DNA of 64,000 nucleotides from NCBI GenBank assembly GCA_046328155.1, contig JAXLXC010000001.1, positions 69,222-133,221 on the forward strand. The letters are read 5' to 3'. Below the pieces are notes generated by a model that was not told the DNA's origin, ran no database searches, and worked only from the letters and a program-made list of their open reading frames with translations. The DNA is from Chloroflexota bacterium. GTDB taxonomy: Bacteria > Chloroflexota > Limnocylindria > Limnocylindrales > CSP1-4. A program made the translations under genes and the position numbers. Shown piece after piece: positions 8,594 to 18,349 of this stretch (position 1 is the first letter of the stretch; each line of letters starts with the position of its first letter).

Positions 8594-9390
8594 CAGCTGC
8601 CGGAGGCGGGCGGGCGCGCCATGCGGGTGGTGGGCCCCCGGCCGCGCAGCTCGTCCCAGCGGAGCCGCAGGACCACGGAGATGGCCTCCTTGAAGATGCC
8701 GCCCGACATCTTGCTCTGGCCCACCCGCCGGTCCGGGAACACGATGGGCACCTCCACCACGCGCGCCCCTGCCCGGTCGGCCAGGTAGGTCATCTCGATC
8801 TGGAACACATAGCCGCCCGAATGGAGCCGGTCCCAGTCGATGACCTCCAGCGCCTCGCGCCGCCACGCCTTGAAGCCGCCCGTGAGGTCGTGCGGCGGGA
8901 GCCACAGCACGGTGCGCGCGAACAGCGAGCCACCCCGCGAGATGATCCGACGCGTCAGGCCCCAGTCCACCACGCCGCCACCCCTGACATAGCGCGACCC
9001 GATGACCAGGTCCGCGCCGTCCGGCCGCGGCGCGTCCAGACCGCCCGCCAGCGCACCCAGCATCGCGGGCAGGTAGTCCGGGGAGTGCGACCAGTCCGCG
9101 TCCATCTGGACGATGCGCTTGGCGCCCCCCTCGAGCGCGACCCCGAAGCCATCGACGTAGGCCTTGCCGAGGCCCTCCTTGCCCTGCCGATGGCGGACCC
9201 GGATGCGTGACTCCGCGGCGGCCAGGCGGTCGGCGAGCTGGCCGGTGCCGTCGGGCGAGTTGTCGTCCACCACCAGGAGCGTCGCCCCCGGCAGGCGGTC
9301 GAGGATGGCGGTCGCGATGCCCTCGAGGTTGTCGATCTCGTCGTACGTGGGCAGCACGACCCAGGTGTCGGCGTAGGTGGGTTCCTGCAT
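8593..9390 (-). CDS. ppm1: Polyprenol-phosphate mannose synthase (GT2, Ppm1/DPM1-like)
   Basis: VVLPTYDEIDNLEGI..LLVVDDNSPDGTG..GKEGLGKAYVDGF..QMDADWSHSPDYL..GSRY..GGFKAWRRE..FQIEM. These are the canonical dolichyl/polyprenyl-phosphate mannosyltransferase motifs. 265 aa. Confidence 0.85.
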   Translation of the reverse strand: MQEPTYADTWVVLPTYDEIDNLEGIATAILDRLPGATLLVVDDNSPDGTGQLADRLAAAESRIRVRHRQGKEGLGKAYVDGFGVALEGGAKRIVQMDADWSHSPDYLPAMLGALAGGLDAPRPDGADLVIGSRYVRGGGVVDWGLTRRIISRGGSLFARTVLWLPPHDLTGGFKAWRREALEVIDWDRLHSGGYVFQIEMTYLADRAGARVVEVPIVFPDRRVGQSKMSGGIFKEAISVVLRLRWDELRGRGPTTRMARPPASGS

Positions 9391-9437
9391 CGGCGTGGAG
9401 TCTAGCCGGGGCGACCGATGGCGCGACCCCCAGATGG

Positions 9438-10892
9438 TCAGGGGCCCTCGGACAGCCGGATGTGGACGGTGGTGCCGCGCGCGACCTTGCGAGCGCTGCC
9501 GTCGGGCATGAGATACGAGGGGTAGGTGTTGAGCGCCCGGCCCTTCCTGACGGATGCGTTGGGCGCCGAGAGGTCGTTGGTCGACACCTTGAGGCCGGCG
9601 GCCACGAGCGTGGCCTTGGCCTCGGCGCGCGTCAGGCCCCGGATCCTGGGGATGGCCACCTTGCCCGCGGGTGCCGCCGGCGCCGGGTCCGGGGGTGGCG
9701 TGGGGTCGCTGCCGCCCGAGCCCCGTGACGCGCCGGCCCGCCAGTCGGCAGCCTTGAACGAGAGGTCGCCGGTGATGGCACGCACATAGCCATAGCGCGC
9801 CTTGCCCGAGCCCTTGGCGATCCCCTTCCTGGCGCCCGCGAACCGGTCGAGCCACGCCACGTCCGGGTCCTGAGGGTCCCAGTCGGCCTTGAGCGCGGCG
9901 AGCGAGGGGGTCTTGCCATCGACCAGCAGGTCGGGATCCATGTGGATCCGCCCACGGCTGCGCAGGTCGGAGCCGTCGGGGCGCCGGGTGACATAGAAGT
10001 CGGTCGTGCCGATGGCCCCGAAGTTCGGCAGGTAGGTGCCCTCCCAGGCCCTGCCGCTGTTGCGCGTGTAGGTGGTCATGAACGCGCGGTCCAGGGTGAC
10101 GTCCTTGGTCATCAAGGTGCTGATGAGGTCGCCCTTGGGGTCCGTGGGGTCGAAGTGCTGGCTCTGGATGGCCATGACCACGCTGGGGTGGCCGCCACCC
10201 GGGTAGCTGCCGGAGTCGAGGAAGCCAGCCGCGAAGTTGTCGACGTGCTCGACCGCCAGCGCGAAGCTCGGCAGCGGGTCGAAGTCCTCGGAGTTGCCGG
10301 ACGTGTAGCACATGTGGCTGAGCACGACGATGGCGTTGGGCGCCAGACGCAGGTACGTGCGGACCCAATCGGCCCCGTAGTACTTGACGGCGCTGCTGCC
10401 GCGCGAGGCGTTGAGGCCCAGCCCGTTGCGGGTGCTCGTCTCGTCGTCCTTGGGGTCGGCCGTGCCGTCGTCCGCCGTCCGGTCGGGGCGCGGCGACCCG
10501 TTGCCGTGCATCAGCGCCACGAACAGGTCGGCGCCCTTGGCGGCTGCCTTGAGGGTGTCGTCATCGGCGTAGGGCGTGTAGACCTTGCACACGCTCATCC
10601 CGGCGTCCCTGGCCGCCGTGGCGATCTCGTCGGCCCAGGCCTTGAAGCGGGATGTCTCGCCACCCACCGGCCCGACCACGATGACCGCCTTGAAGGCCGG
10701 CTGGCCGGTGCACGCGGACCCGCTGCCGTCGGACGCGTCGAGCGTGTCCGTGTCGGGGGTGGCGGTCGGGGGGAGGGTGCTGGCGCTGACGCCTGAGACC
10801 AGGGAGGCGGACAGCACGAAGACCAGCGCGAGCAGGGCGGCGAGCACCGAGCGCCACTGGCTTCGATATGGCGCAGCGTGGGCGAGCTGCAA
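9438..10892 (-). CDS. Secreted protein with a C-terminal PASTA domain and a possible caspase-fold (His/Cys) N-terminal domain
   Basis: TTG start preceded by GGAGAG. Signal-peptide-like RSQWRSVLAALLALVFVLSASLVSG. The C-terminal IPRIRGLTRAEAKATLVAAGLKV...KGRALNTYP...GTTVHIRLSEGP fits the PASTA consensus. LFVALMHGNG and AIVVLSHMCYTSG resemble the caspase/gingipain His and Cys strands. Confidence 0.75.
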   Translation of the reverse strand: MQLAHAAPYRSQWRSVLAALLALVFVLSASLVSGVSASTLPPTATPDTDTLDASDGSGSACTGQPAFKAVIVVGPVGGETSRFKAWADEIATAARDAGMSVCKVYTPYADDDTLKAAAKGADLFVALMHGNGSPRPDRTADDGTADPKDDETSTRNGLGLNASRGSSAVKYYGADWVRTYLRLAPNAIVVLSHMCYTSGNSEDFDPLPSFALAVEHVDNFAAGFLDSGSYPGGGHPSVVMAIQSQHFDPTDPKGDLISTLMTKDVTLDRAFMTTYTRNSGRAWEGTYLPNFGAIGTTDFYVTRRPDGSDLRSRGRIHMDPDLLVDGKTPSLAALKADWDPQDPDVAWLDRFAGARKGIAKGSGKARYGYVRAITGDLSFKAADWRAGASRGSGGSDPTPPPDPAPAAPAGKVAIPRIRGLTRAEAKATLVAAGLKVSTNDLSAPNASVRKGRALNTYPSYLMPDGSARKVARGTTVHIRLSEGP

Positions 10893-11074
10893 TCCCGTCT
10901 CTCTCCGGCGATGGCTGGGGGCACGTCCGGAGGGCGCACCCGTCGCGTCACACGTTCACGGCTGTGAAGCGAACGTATCCATACCCTTATCGTCCCGGGT
11001 GGGTGGGCCCATGGTGCCTCAGGTGGCGCGAGGAGGCAACCCCGGGAGGGCGCGGCCCCGGACGGGGCGGGGGC

Positions 11075-12031
11075 CTAGCCGTCGGGACGCTGGGTCTTGC
11101 GCGGCTTGCGGGTCGGTTCCGTGGTGGGCTCCGGCTCGTCGGTGGGCTCCACGGTCGGCTCCGGCGTGGGGGTGGCCGTGACCCCCGGCAGCGGGTCGGG
11201 CTGGAAGTCGGTCACCACGAGCACCAGCTCGAGGTTGTCCAGGTCCGCCGCGGGCTGGATCAGGGCGCTGATGGTGGTCAGCGCCGGGTCCCTGTCGACG
11301 CTCACGATGCTGCCGATGACCAGGTCGCGGGGGAACTGCGAGCGTGCCTCGCGGCTCAGCCGGATGCCCGCGGTCGTCACCAGGTCGCCCACGCGGAGCG
11401 ACTCGTTGAACAGCACGTTCTGCAGCTCCAACGGCGCCGACAGGTTGCCATGGACCTCACCGATCGCCCCGCTCCGCACGTCGCGCCCCACGACCACCGA
11501 GCGGGTGTCGTTGATGAGCCGCACGGTCGCCCAATTACCACCGACCTCCGTGATGGTGCCCACCAGCGAGCCGCCCGCGGACAGCACCGTGGCGCCCAGG
11601 AACAGCCCGTCGTCGGTCCCCTTGGCGATGGTGATGAGGCGCTCCAGGCTGGATGGGTCGTTGTAGATCACCTCGGCCGCGACCGTCCGATGGTCCAACG
11701 ACCGCTTGATCTTGAGCGTGTCGGCGAGCTTGGCGTTCTCGGTCTGCAGCACCGGGATCTGGAGGTTCGCCTCCTCCACCGCCTGGACGCGATCTCGGAG
11801 GGCCTCGTTCTCGCGGCGGAGCTGGTCCAGCTCTGCGAGCGAGGTGAACAGCGAGCCCACGGCGCGGGCGCCGCCCGTGAGGGTGTCGCGGATGGGTGCC
11901 AGCGCGAAGTTGATGCCGCCCCGCATGTCCTGGATGGGCTTGGTGTCGCTGAACGCCAGCAGCAGCATGCACGTGGCGATGAGCAGCGAGAAGGTGACCA
12001 GCTGTCGGCGGAGCGCCCGGTCGGTCAGCAT
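11075..12031 (-). CDS. mreC: Rod shape-determining protein MreC
   Basis: N-terminal TM segment, a coiled-coil segment (LDQLRRENEALRDRVQAVE), and a beta-barrel region (GDLVTTAGI..FPRDLVIGSIVSV). It lies directly downstream of mreB. The C-terminal tail is Pro/Thr/Glu-rich. Confidence 0.9.
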   Translation of the reverse strand: MLTDRALRRQLVTFSLLIATCMLLLAFSDTKPIQDMRGGINFALAPIRDTLTGGARAVGSLFTSLAELDQLRRENEALRDRVQAVEEANLQIPVLQTENAKLADTLKIKRSLDHRTVAAEVIYNDPSSLERLITIAKGTDDGLFLGATVLSAGGSLVGTITEVGGNWATVRLINDTRSVVVGRDVRSGAIGEVHGNLSAPLELQNVLFNESLRVGDLVTTAGIRLSREARSQFPRDLVIGSIVSVDRDPALTTISALIQPAADLDNLELVLVVTDFQPDPLPGVTATPTPEPTVEPTDEPEPTTEPTRKPRKTQRPDG

Positions 12032-12041
12032 GGCAGCGGTC

Positions 12042-13100
<1,059 letters not shown>

Positions 13101-13306
13101 GGCTGGGGTGGGCCCCTCCGGGGGAGTTGGTCGTGTGGCAGGTGGTGGGAGGTCGCCAGGATCCGACCGGTCCGTGGCCCGCGCACGCTGGGCAGCCGCG
13201 CGACCTGGTCACGGCACGAGCGAGTATACCGGTGGGGCGCCGGGCGGCCCCTCGGCGCCCATGGCGGATGATCCGGACGTCGGGTCGCAGGACGGAGGAT
13301 GGCGCA

Positions 13307-13768
13307 GTGGCACGTCGGACGCGGTGGTCATGGCCCGTGATCCTGGTCGGGGGCACCCTCGTGGCGCTGGCGGTGGCGATCGCGTGGGCGCTGTGGCCGA
13401 GGGGCTTCGGCACCGGGTCGGGTGGCATCCGGACGTTCGCGTGGATGCACGGCGAGAACATCATGTGCAACGCGTACGCCGTGGTCGATCCAGTGGAGGG
13501 CGCCCTCGCCACCGGGGATGACCCTCGCGACCCGGTCGTCCTGCGGCGGTCCGACGGGACCGCGGTGTCCGTCGTCTGGCCCGAGGTGTTCGCGGCGTCC
13601 GTGGAGACGCCCCTCGTCCTGCGTGACGAGTCGGGTGCCGAGGTGGCGCGCGGGGGGCAGATCGTCACCCTGGGCCAGACACGCGTGGGCAGTGCCGCCG
13701 GCACGTTCGACCACCCGTACGTCGCCGCGGGCCTCGTGTTCCGGGGCTGCTATCCGCGAGCGGGCTGA
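13307..13768 (+). CDS. Hypothetical membrane-anchored protein
   Basis: The GTG at 13307 is preceded by GGAGGA. There is one TM helix (WSWPVILVGGTLVALAVAIAWALW). In-frame alternative starts lie at 13268 (ATG) and 13232 (GTG). I do not recognise a family. Confidence 0.55.
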   Translation: MARRTRWSWPVILVGGTLVALAVAIAWALWPRGFGTGSGGIRTFAWMHGENIMCNAYAVVDPVEGALATGDDPRDPVVLRRSDGTAVSVVWPEVFAASVETPLVLRDESGAEVARGGQIVTLGQTRVGSAAGTFDHPYVAAGLVFRGCYPRAG

Positions 13769-13777
13769 CCGCGGCTC
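13721..13777 (+). repeat. Direct repeat, copy 1 (3' end and stop of the 13307-13768 gene)
   Basis: gtcgccgcgggcctcgtgttccggggctgctatccgcgagcgggctgaccgcggctc recurs at 14144-14196 with a few substitutions and two small indels. Confidence 0.8.
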
Positions 13778-13824
13778 TGGCGAGTTCCCCGCCTGGAACC
13801 CCCGGGGGGCGAGCTCGCCCTCCC

Positions 13825-13869
13825 GGGCCGTGCGGCAATGGGCCGTGCGGCAATGGGCCGTGCGGCGGC
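13825..13869 (+). repeat. 15-bp tandem repeat, about 3 copies (gggccgtgcggcaat)
   Basis: Two perfect copies and one degenerate copy, read directly in the non-coding stretch between the two direct-repeat copies. Confidence 0.8.
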
Positions 13870-14143
13870 CGGCCCCCGGCGTCGAGGCGGCCACTTCGAC
13901 GGATCTTCGATCCCACCGAACGGGTGGAGGGGCGATCGTCGAGTGTCTGGTCACCAGAGGGCGTCGAGGACCCTCGGGCGGGACCGAGCGCGACGGATCT
14001 TCAGGCCCACGGTCAGTTCCGTCGCGACTGGCAGCCCTGTTGCCGTCTCGGAGACATCGACATGCGCGATCGGCCCGTGTGCCGTTCAGCCTCGGTGAAG
14101 ATCGGTCGCGGTAACGGCCGTGCTGCGCCAGGACGATGGTCGC

Positions 14144-14196
14144 GTCGCGGGTCTCGTGTTCCGGGGCTGCCATCCGCGAGCGGGCGACCGCGGCTC
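14144..14196 (+). repeat. Direct repeat, copy 2 (orphan duplicate of a gene 3' end)
   Basis: gtcgcgggtctcgtgttccggggctgccatccgcgagcgggcgaccgcggctc would encode ..AGLVFRGCHPRAG, against ..AAGLVFRGCYPRAG* in copy 1. The TGA is destroyed by a 1-nt deletion. The copy abuts the stop of the convergent methyltransferase gene. Confidence 0.8.
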
Positions 14197-14935
14197 ACCG
14201 ATCCGTGGGGCGCTCCCAGACCGAGACGTGCGACCGGCTCTCCGCGGTGAACGGCGACCTCGCCCAGTCCGCCCAGCGATCGCGGAGGCGGAGGCCGGCG
14301 ATGCGCGCCATCAGGTCGAGCTCGCTCGGCCAGACGTAGCGGAACGGACCTGAGGAGTACCGCGGCACCCCGTCCGCCAGGTCGATGTGGTGGGACACCA
14401 GGCCCTGGGTCAGCGTGTCGTACTCGTCGATCCCGAAGCCCGTGGCGTCGCTCCGGAACGGCACAAGCGTCTGTCCAGGCGGCAGGTGCCGCAGGTCCGG
14501 GACCATGGTCTCGATGAGGAAGACCCCGCCCGGCCCCAGATGCGCGGCGGCGTTCTGGAAGCAGGCGACCTGGGCGTCCTGGGTGACCAGGTTCATGATC
14601 GTGTTGAACACGAGATAGACCATCGAGAACGACCCGGGCACTCGGGTGCTCGTCATGTCGCCGACCTCGACGTGGACCAGCTCCCCGCCCGGCTTGGCGC
14701 GCAACCGCTCGATCATGGCTCGCGAGCGGTCGATGCCGTGGACGGGCACGCCCCGCTGCGCGAGCGGGATGGCCAGCCGACCCGTCCCCACCGCGAACTC
14801 AAGCGCCCGTCCCTCGCCCGCCAGACCCGCCACGAGGTCCACCGTCGCCTCGATCACGTCTGGGCGGCCGTGCTCCCCCAGGTCATCGTCATAGCGAGCC
14901 GCGACCTCGGCGCCGAAGAAGCCGTCGTCGGTCAT
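14195..14935 (-). CDS. Class I SAM-dependent methyltransferase
   Basis: Motif I ALEFAVGTGRLAIPLA, then GIDRSRAMIE, VYLVFNTIMNL and GGVFLIE. I chose the ATG at 14935 because it lies just after the radC stop. The ORF is open to 14980. Confidence 0.8.
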   Translation of the reverse strand: MTDDGFFGAEVAARYDDDLGEHGRPDVIEATVDLVAGLAGEGRALEFAVGTGRLAIPLAQRGVPVHGIDRSRAMIERLRAKPGGELVHVEVGDMTSTRVPGSFSMVYLVFNTIMNLVTQDAQVACFQNAAAHLGPGGVFLIETMVPDLRHLPPGQTLVPFRSDATGFGIDEYDTLTQGLVSHHIDLADGVPRYSSGPFRYVWPSELDLMARIAGLRLRDRWADWARSPFTAESRSHVSVWERPTDR

Positions 14936-14945
14936 GGCGTCGATT

Positions 14946-15662
14946 CTAGGACCCGCCAGGCCGGTCGAAGCTGATGCCACGGTCCCGCAGGCTGACGAAC
15001 GCGTCGTGGCCGATGACCAGGTGGTCCAGCACGGGGACGTCGAGCAGCCTGCCAGCGGCCACGGTCTCGGCCGTCAGGTGGAGGTCCTCGGGCGATGGCG
15101 TGGGGTCGCCGGACGGGTGGTTGTGGACCACGATGATGCCCGCGGCATGGCGTCGGACGGCATCCCGGAACAGCTCGCCGACACGCACCAGCGCGGTCGA
15201 CACGCTTCCCTGGTAGACCCGCTCCACGGCCATCACGCTGTTCCGCGACGAGAGCAGGACGACGCGTAGCTCCTCGCGCTCCAGACGGCCCATCTCGGGC
15301 ATCAGCCGGTCCGCGAGGTCGCGGGGCGCCCGGACGGTCCAGCGGGCCGTCGGCCAGTCGGCCACCGCGCGCCGACCCAGCTCGAACGCAGCGGCCAACT
15401 GCGCCGCCCGCGCCGGGCCGATGCCCGGCACCAGGCACAGCTCCGCGGGCGCCGCGACGGCCAGCCCGGTGAGCCCGTCGTGACGGGAGAGGGCCTCCTC
15501 GGCCAGGTCCCGTGCGCTGTGACCGGGGGTGCCGCTCCCCCAGATGAGCGCCATCAGCTCCGCAGCCGCGAGCCCGGCGGCGCCGCGTCGCTCCAGTCGC
15601 TCTCGCGGTCGCTCGCTGGCGGGCAGCTCGCGCACGCTCCGATGCCCGTTCCCGTGGTCCAT
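14946..15662 (-). CDS. radC: RadC-family JAB/MPN domain protein
   Basis: N-terminal HhH region (ELMALIWGSGTPG..LCLVPGIGPARAAQLAAAFELGRR) and a C-terminal JAMM-like HNHPSGDPTPSPED motif. I take the ATG at 15662 as the start. Confidence 0.85.
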   Translation of the reverse strand: MDHGNGHRSVRELPASERPRERLERRGAAGLAAAELMALIWGSGTPGHSARDLAEEALSRHDGLTGLAVAAPAELCLVPGIGPARAAQLAAAFELGRRAVADWPTARWTVRAPRDLADRLMPEMGRLEREELRVVLLSSRNSVMAVERVYQGSVSTALVRVGELFRDAVRRHAAGIIVVHNHPSGDPTPSPEDLHLTAETVAAGRLLDVPVLDHLVIGHDAFVSLRDRGISFDRPGGS

Positions 15663-15887
15663 GGGATCCTCCCGGCGGGCACCTGGCGGGCACGGTGGGC
15701 GGGAGGCGACGGTGGTGCACCCGAGCCCGGATGACGGAGCCCGCCGATTCCCCCGCCCTCCGGACCCGGATGCGAGACGCATGCTAGGGAGCGGGTCTTG
15801 TCACGCGATCAGTCCGCCCTTCACTCGCGATCTGTGGACATCCTGGGCGAGCGGCCGGTTCAGCCCCGGCGGCGCGGTCGGCGTGCG

Positions 15888-16952
15888 TCAGCCCCCAGGC
15901 GTGGCGCCGCCCGTGGGAGCGAGCGCCACGAGCACCAGCAGGATGCCGTTGTACGTCACGTGGCCCGCGATGGACGCCACGATGCCCCGGCGCTGGAACA
16001 GCCAGCCCAGCGCGAGGCCGAGCGGCAGGATCACCAGGAACGACAGGAGCGCCTGCGCGAGCCCCTGGCCTGCCTCCTCTGGGCCGACCTGGATGTTGAG
16101 GATGTGGACGACCGCGAAGAACAGGGCACTCCGGATCAGTGCGGCCCGAGGTCCCAGGTCCCGCCACCACGCGGTCAGCGCGAACCCACGGAAGAACGCC
16201 TCCTCCCCGATGGGCGCGACCACCGCGGCCGCCAGCACCAGCGCGAGGGCCTCCGTGGCGTTGGTCGCCTCCGGCAGGGTGTCGGGCGCCGTCACCCGCA
16301 GCAGCGTCGCCAGGATGCCACCCCACAGCAGCACCCCGATGGTGACCGGGAGCATGACGAGCATCGCCTCGCCCACGTCGCGGAGCAGCACCCGCGCCGA
16401 GGTGGCGCGGGAGGGCCAGCCCATGTCCACCCAGCGCAGGGCGCCGCCCCGGACGACGAACACCCAGATGACTACGAGGTACGTGGCTGCGACGGCGACG
16501 AGGCTTGCCAGGAACCCCACCGGATGGTCGACGTCCAGGAGCCCCAGCACCGCGAGACCAGCCGAGAGCAGGGTGCTCACGACCAGGACCAGACCGAACA
16601 GGATGAGCGGCGAAGGTCCCCGATAGCGGTCGGGATGCCGATCGGCCCGGGCGACCAGCTGGTACCCGGCCGCTGCCGCGAGGCCCAGGCCCATGCTCAC
16701 CGTCGCGACGAGTGCCACGAACGAGCCGCCCGCCGACGGCCCGGCCTGGGCCACGAACAGCAACGCCCCGAGTCCGCCCACGGTGAGCAGCCAGGCGAGC
16801 AGGTACAACGAGGGCACGGGCCGACCCTCGAGCGAGAACGTGCGACCGCCGGGCGGCCCCTGGGGCGCGTCCGGCGTCAAGGCAGCGGGCGGGTCCTCGT
16901 CGTCACCGAACGCGTCCCCGTCCCGATCATCCGGTGGCAGGTGCTGGGTCAA
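15888..16952 (-). CDS. CPBP-family intramembrane glutamic endopeptidase (CAAX protease/Abi)
   Basis: Multi-pass membrane protein with EEAFFRG, FAVVH and HVTYN motifs in CPBP order. The TTG start overlaps the upstream stop (TTGA). Confidence 0.8.
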   Translation of the reverse strand: MTQHLPPDDRDGDAFGDDEDPPAALTPDAPQGPPGGRTFSLEGRPVPSLYLLAWLLTVGGLGALLFVAQAGPSAGGSFVALVATVSMGLGLAAAAGYQLVARADRHPDRYRGPSPLILFGLVLVVSTLLSAGLAVLGLLDVDHPVGFLASLVAVAATYLVVIWVFVVRGGALRWVDMGWPSRATSARVLLRDVGEAMLVMLPVTIGVLLWGGILATLLRVTAPDTLPEATNATEALALVLAAAVVAPIGEEAFFRGFALTAWWRDLGPRAALIRSALFFAVVHILNIQVGPEEAGQGLAQALLSFLVILPLGLALGWLFQRRGIVASIAGHVTYNGILLVLVALAPTGGATPGG

Positions 16953-17578
16953 CGCTCCCGCGCGGGCGACATCTCAGGGCCCAGCATGCCCGGGGCGAGG
17001 ATGGGCTGACGTTGCGGGCCATCGACCTGCATCGGGACCGGCTGTCCCTCGATCTGGGGTCGCGGACCGGGCATGTAGACGGGGGCCACGACCTCCGGCC
17101 GCTCGAAGTCCTTGCCGCACCACGCACACAGCGTCCAGTCGAGTTCCACGAGGCGGCTGCAGTTGGGGCACACGCGGCGCAGCCGGTTGCGGCACGTGGG
17201 GCAGATGATCCACTCCTCCTCCACCGCGCGCGAGCAGTTGGCGCAGTGGGGACGCGCCTCGATCTCGGCGAGGATCGCCTCCTCGGCGAGGGCGCGTTCG
17301 TTGGCCTCGGCGATGGTCTCGCGAGGCCGGACGATGCGGTACAGGATGACCGCGAACAGGAACAGGAACGGGGTGAACGCGACGATGATGCCCGCCGCGA
17401 GGTACGGCGCCACCGGGTTGGTGGTGCGGTGCTGCATGTCCCGGAACGCCCAATACGCGGTCAGCAGCCAGACCAGGATGATGTAGAACGCGATCGCCTG
17501 GAGCGCGAGCTGGACGAACGGGTTGGAGATGATGCCGTCGATCGTCTCCCCGATCGCCTTGTCGAAGTCTCCGAGCAT
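16949..17578 (-). CDS. Membrane protein with a double zinc-ribbon domain
   Basis: Two N-terminal TM helices, then CANCSR..CPTCRN..CPNCSR..CAWCGK (four CxxC pairs). Confidence 0.7.
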   Translation of the reverse strand: MLGDFDKAIGETIDGIISNPFVQLALQAIAFYIILVWLLTAYWAFRDMQHRTTNPVAPYLAAGIIVAFTPFLFLFAVILYRIVRPRETIAEANERALAEEAILAEIEARPHCANCSRAVEEEWIICPTCRNRLRRVCPNCSRLVELDWTLCAWCGKDFERPEVVAPVYMPGPRPQIEGQPVPMQVDGPQRQPILAPGMLGPEMSPARER

Positions 17579-17710
17579 CCGGTCCTATCGCCTCACCTAC
17601 GCGGCGCGCCACTCCCTCGGCACGCGTCTGACCCGGTCGGCCGCGGCCGAGTGTAGCAGGGGAGCCCCGTTCGTCCGCCCACGGACGACTACGGTTCCGA
17701 TGTCGAGGCC

Positions 17711-18349
17711 TTAACCCGACGGCTGCGGCGAGGCCGCGGGGACGAGCGGCAGCAGGGCCTCGAGGAGTTCCTGGGAGGGTGTGACGAGCGCCACATCCGA
17801 TGCCGCATCGGCCACGAGGAGCTGCGTCTCCGCCCCAGACGCCACGATGCGCAGCCTCGTTGCGACCTTCGGAGGCACGTCGATCGACTCTTGGGTGACC
17901 TCGTTGCCGTACTCGCGCAGCCGATCCGCCAATGCGCTCGCGAGACCCTCGCCCAGACCCGTTCCGGCGCCCCGGACGCGCACCAGCAGCCCGATGAGGT
18001 CCGTGGTGGCCGCCGGACCGTAGCGGATGCCGACGCTGCACACGTCGTCGCGGTCGAGGCCGAGCGAGGCAAGGAACGGGTCGAGCATGTCATCGGGGTC
18101 GAAGTCCTCGACGCCAGACGCGGCCTCGGCGGTCAGGAGGCGATCGTCACCCAGGTCCTCGGGCGGCAGGTCAAGGAGGTCGAGGCACGCGGCCGGCTCG
18201 TGGGACGCCGCCGGACCCGGGGAGCCGGCGGCGCCAGGAGTGGGGGACGGTGAGTCGCCATGTGCCGACTGCGCGAAGGTCGCGCCCGGGGCCACGCCCA
18301 GCACGAGACCCACCACGACCGCTCGCGCGGCCATCCGCCACGCGCTCAT
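17711..18349 (-). CDS. Hypothetical secreted protein
   Basis: Signal peptide MSAWRMAARAVVVGLVLGVAPGATFAQS. The ATG at 18349 overlaps the upstream stop (ATGA). I do not recognise a family. Confidence 0.6.
   Translation of the reverse strand: MSAWRMAARAVVVGLVLGVAPGATFAQSAHGDSPSPTPGAAGSPGPAASHEPAACLDLLDLPPEDLGDDRLLTAEAASGVEDFDPDDMLDPFLASLGLDRDDVCSVGIRYGPAATTDLIGLLVRVRGAGTGLGEGLASALADRLREYGNEVTQESIDVPPKVATRLRIVASGAETQLLVADAASDVALVTPSQELLEALLPLVPAASPQPSG

Noticed and set aside
11054-11075. A GC hairpin (GGCCCC-N10-GGGGCC, or GCCCC-GGAC-GGGGC) immediately after the mreC stop, as a terminator.
   Set aside because: The stem is short and ambiguous, there is no U-tract, and the next gene is co-directional with its own RBS. 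It could as well be an intra-operon structure, which is too weak to list as a feature.
13221-13233. The 13-nt string gcgagtataccgg shared between 13220-13232 and 31529-31541, as a possible conserved regulatory motif.
   Set aside because: A single 13-mer match between two sites in 64 kb (both strands) is within chance expectation. I mention it only as weak support for the leaderless-start idea.
13778-14143. A possible riboswitch or structured ncRNA (cobalamin-like GGTGAAGATC string, several GC stems) in the 370-bp non-coding core.
   Set aside because: I could not match a B12 box or any other riboswitch, RNase P, tmRNA, SRP or 6S core. The region lies between two convergent gene ends, so it is not a 5' leader of anything. 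I report it only as a repeat-flanked non-coding segment.
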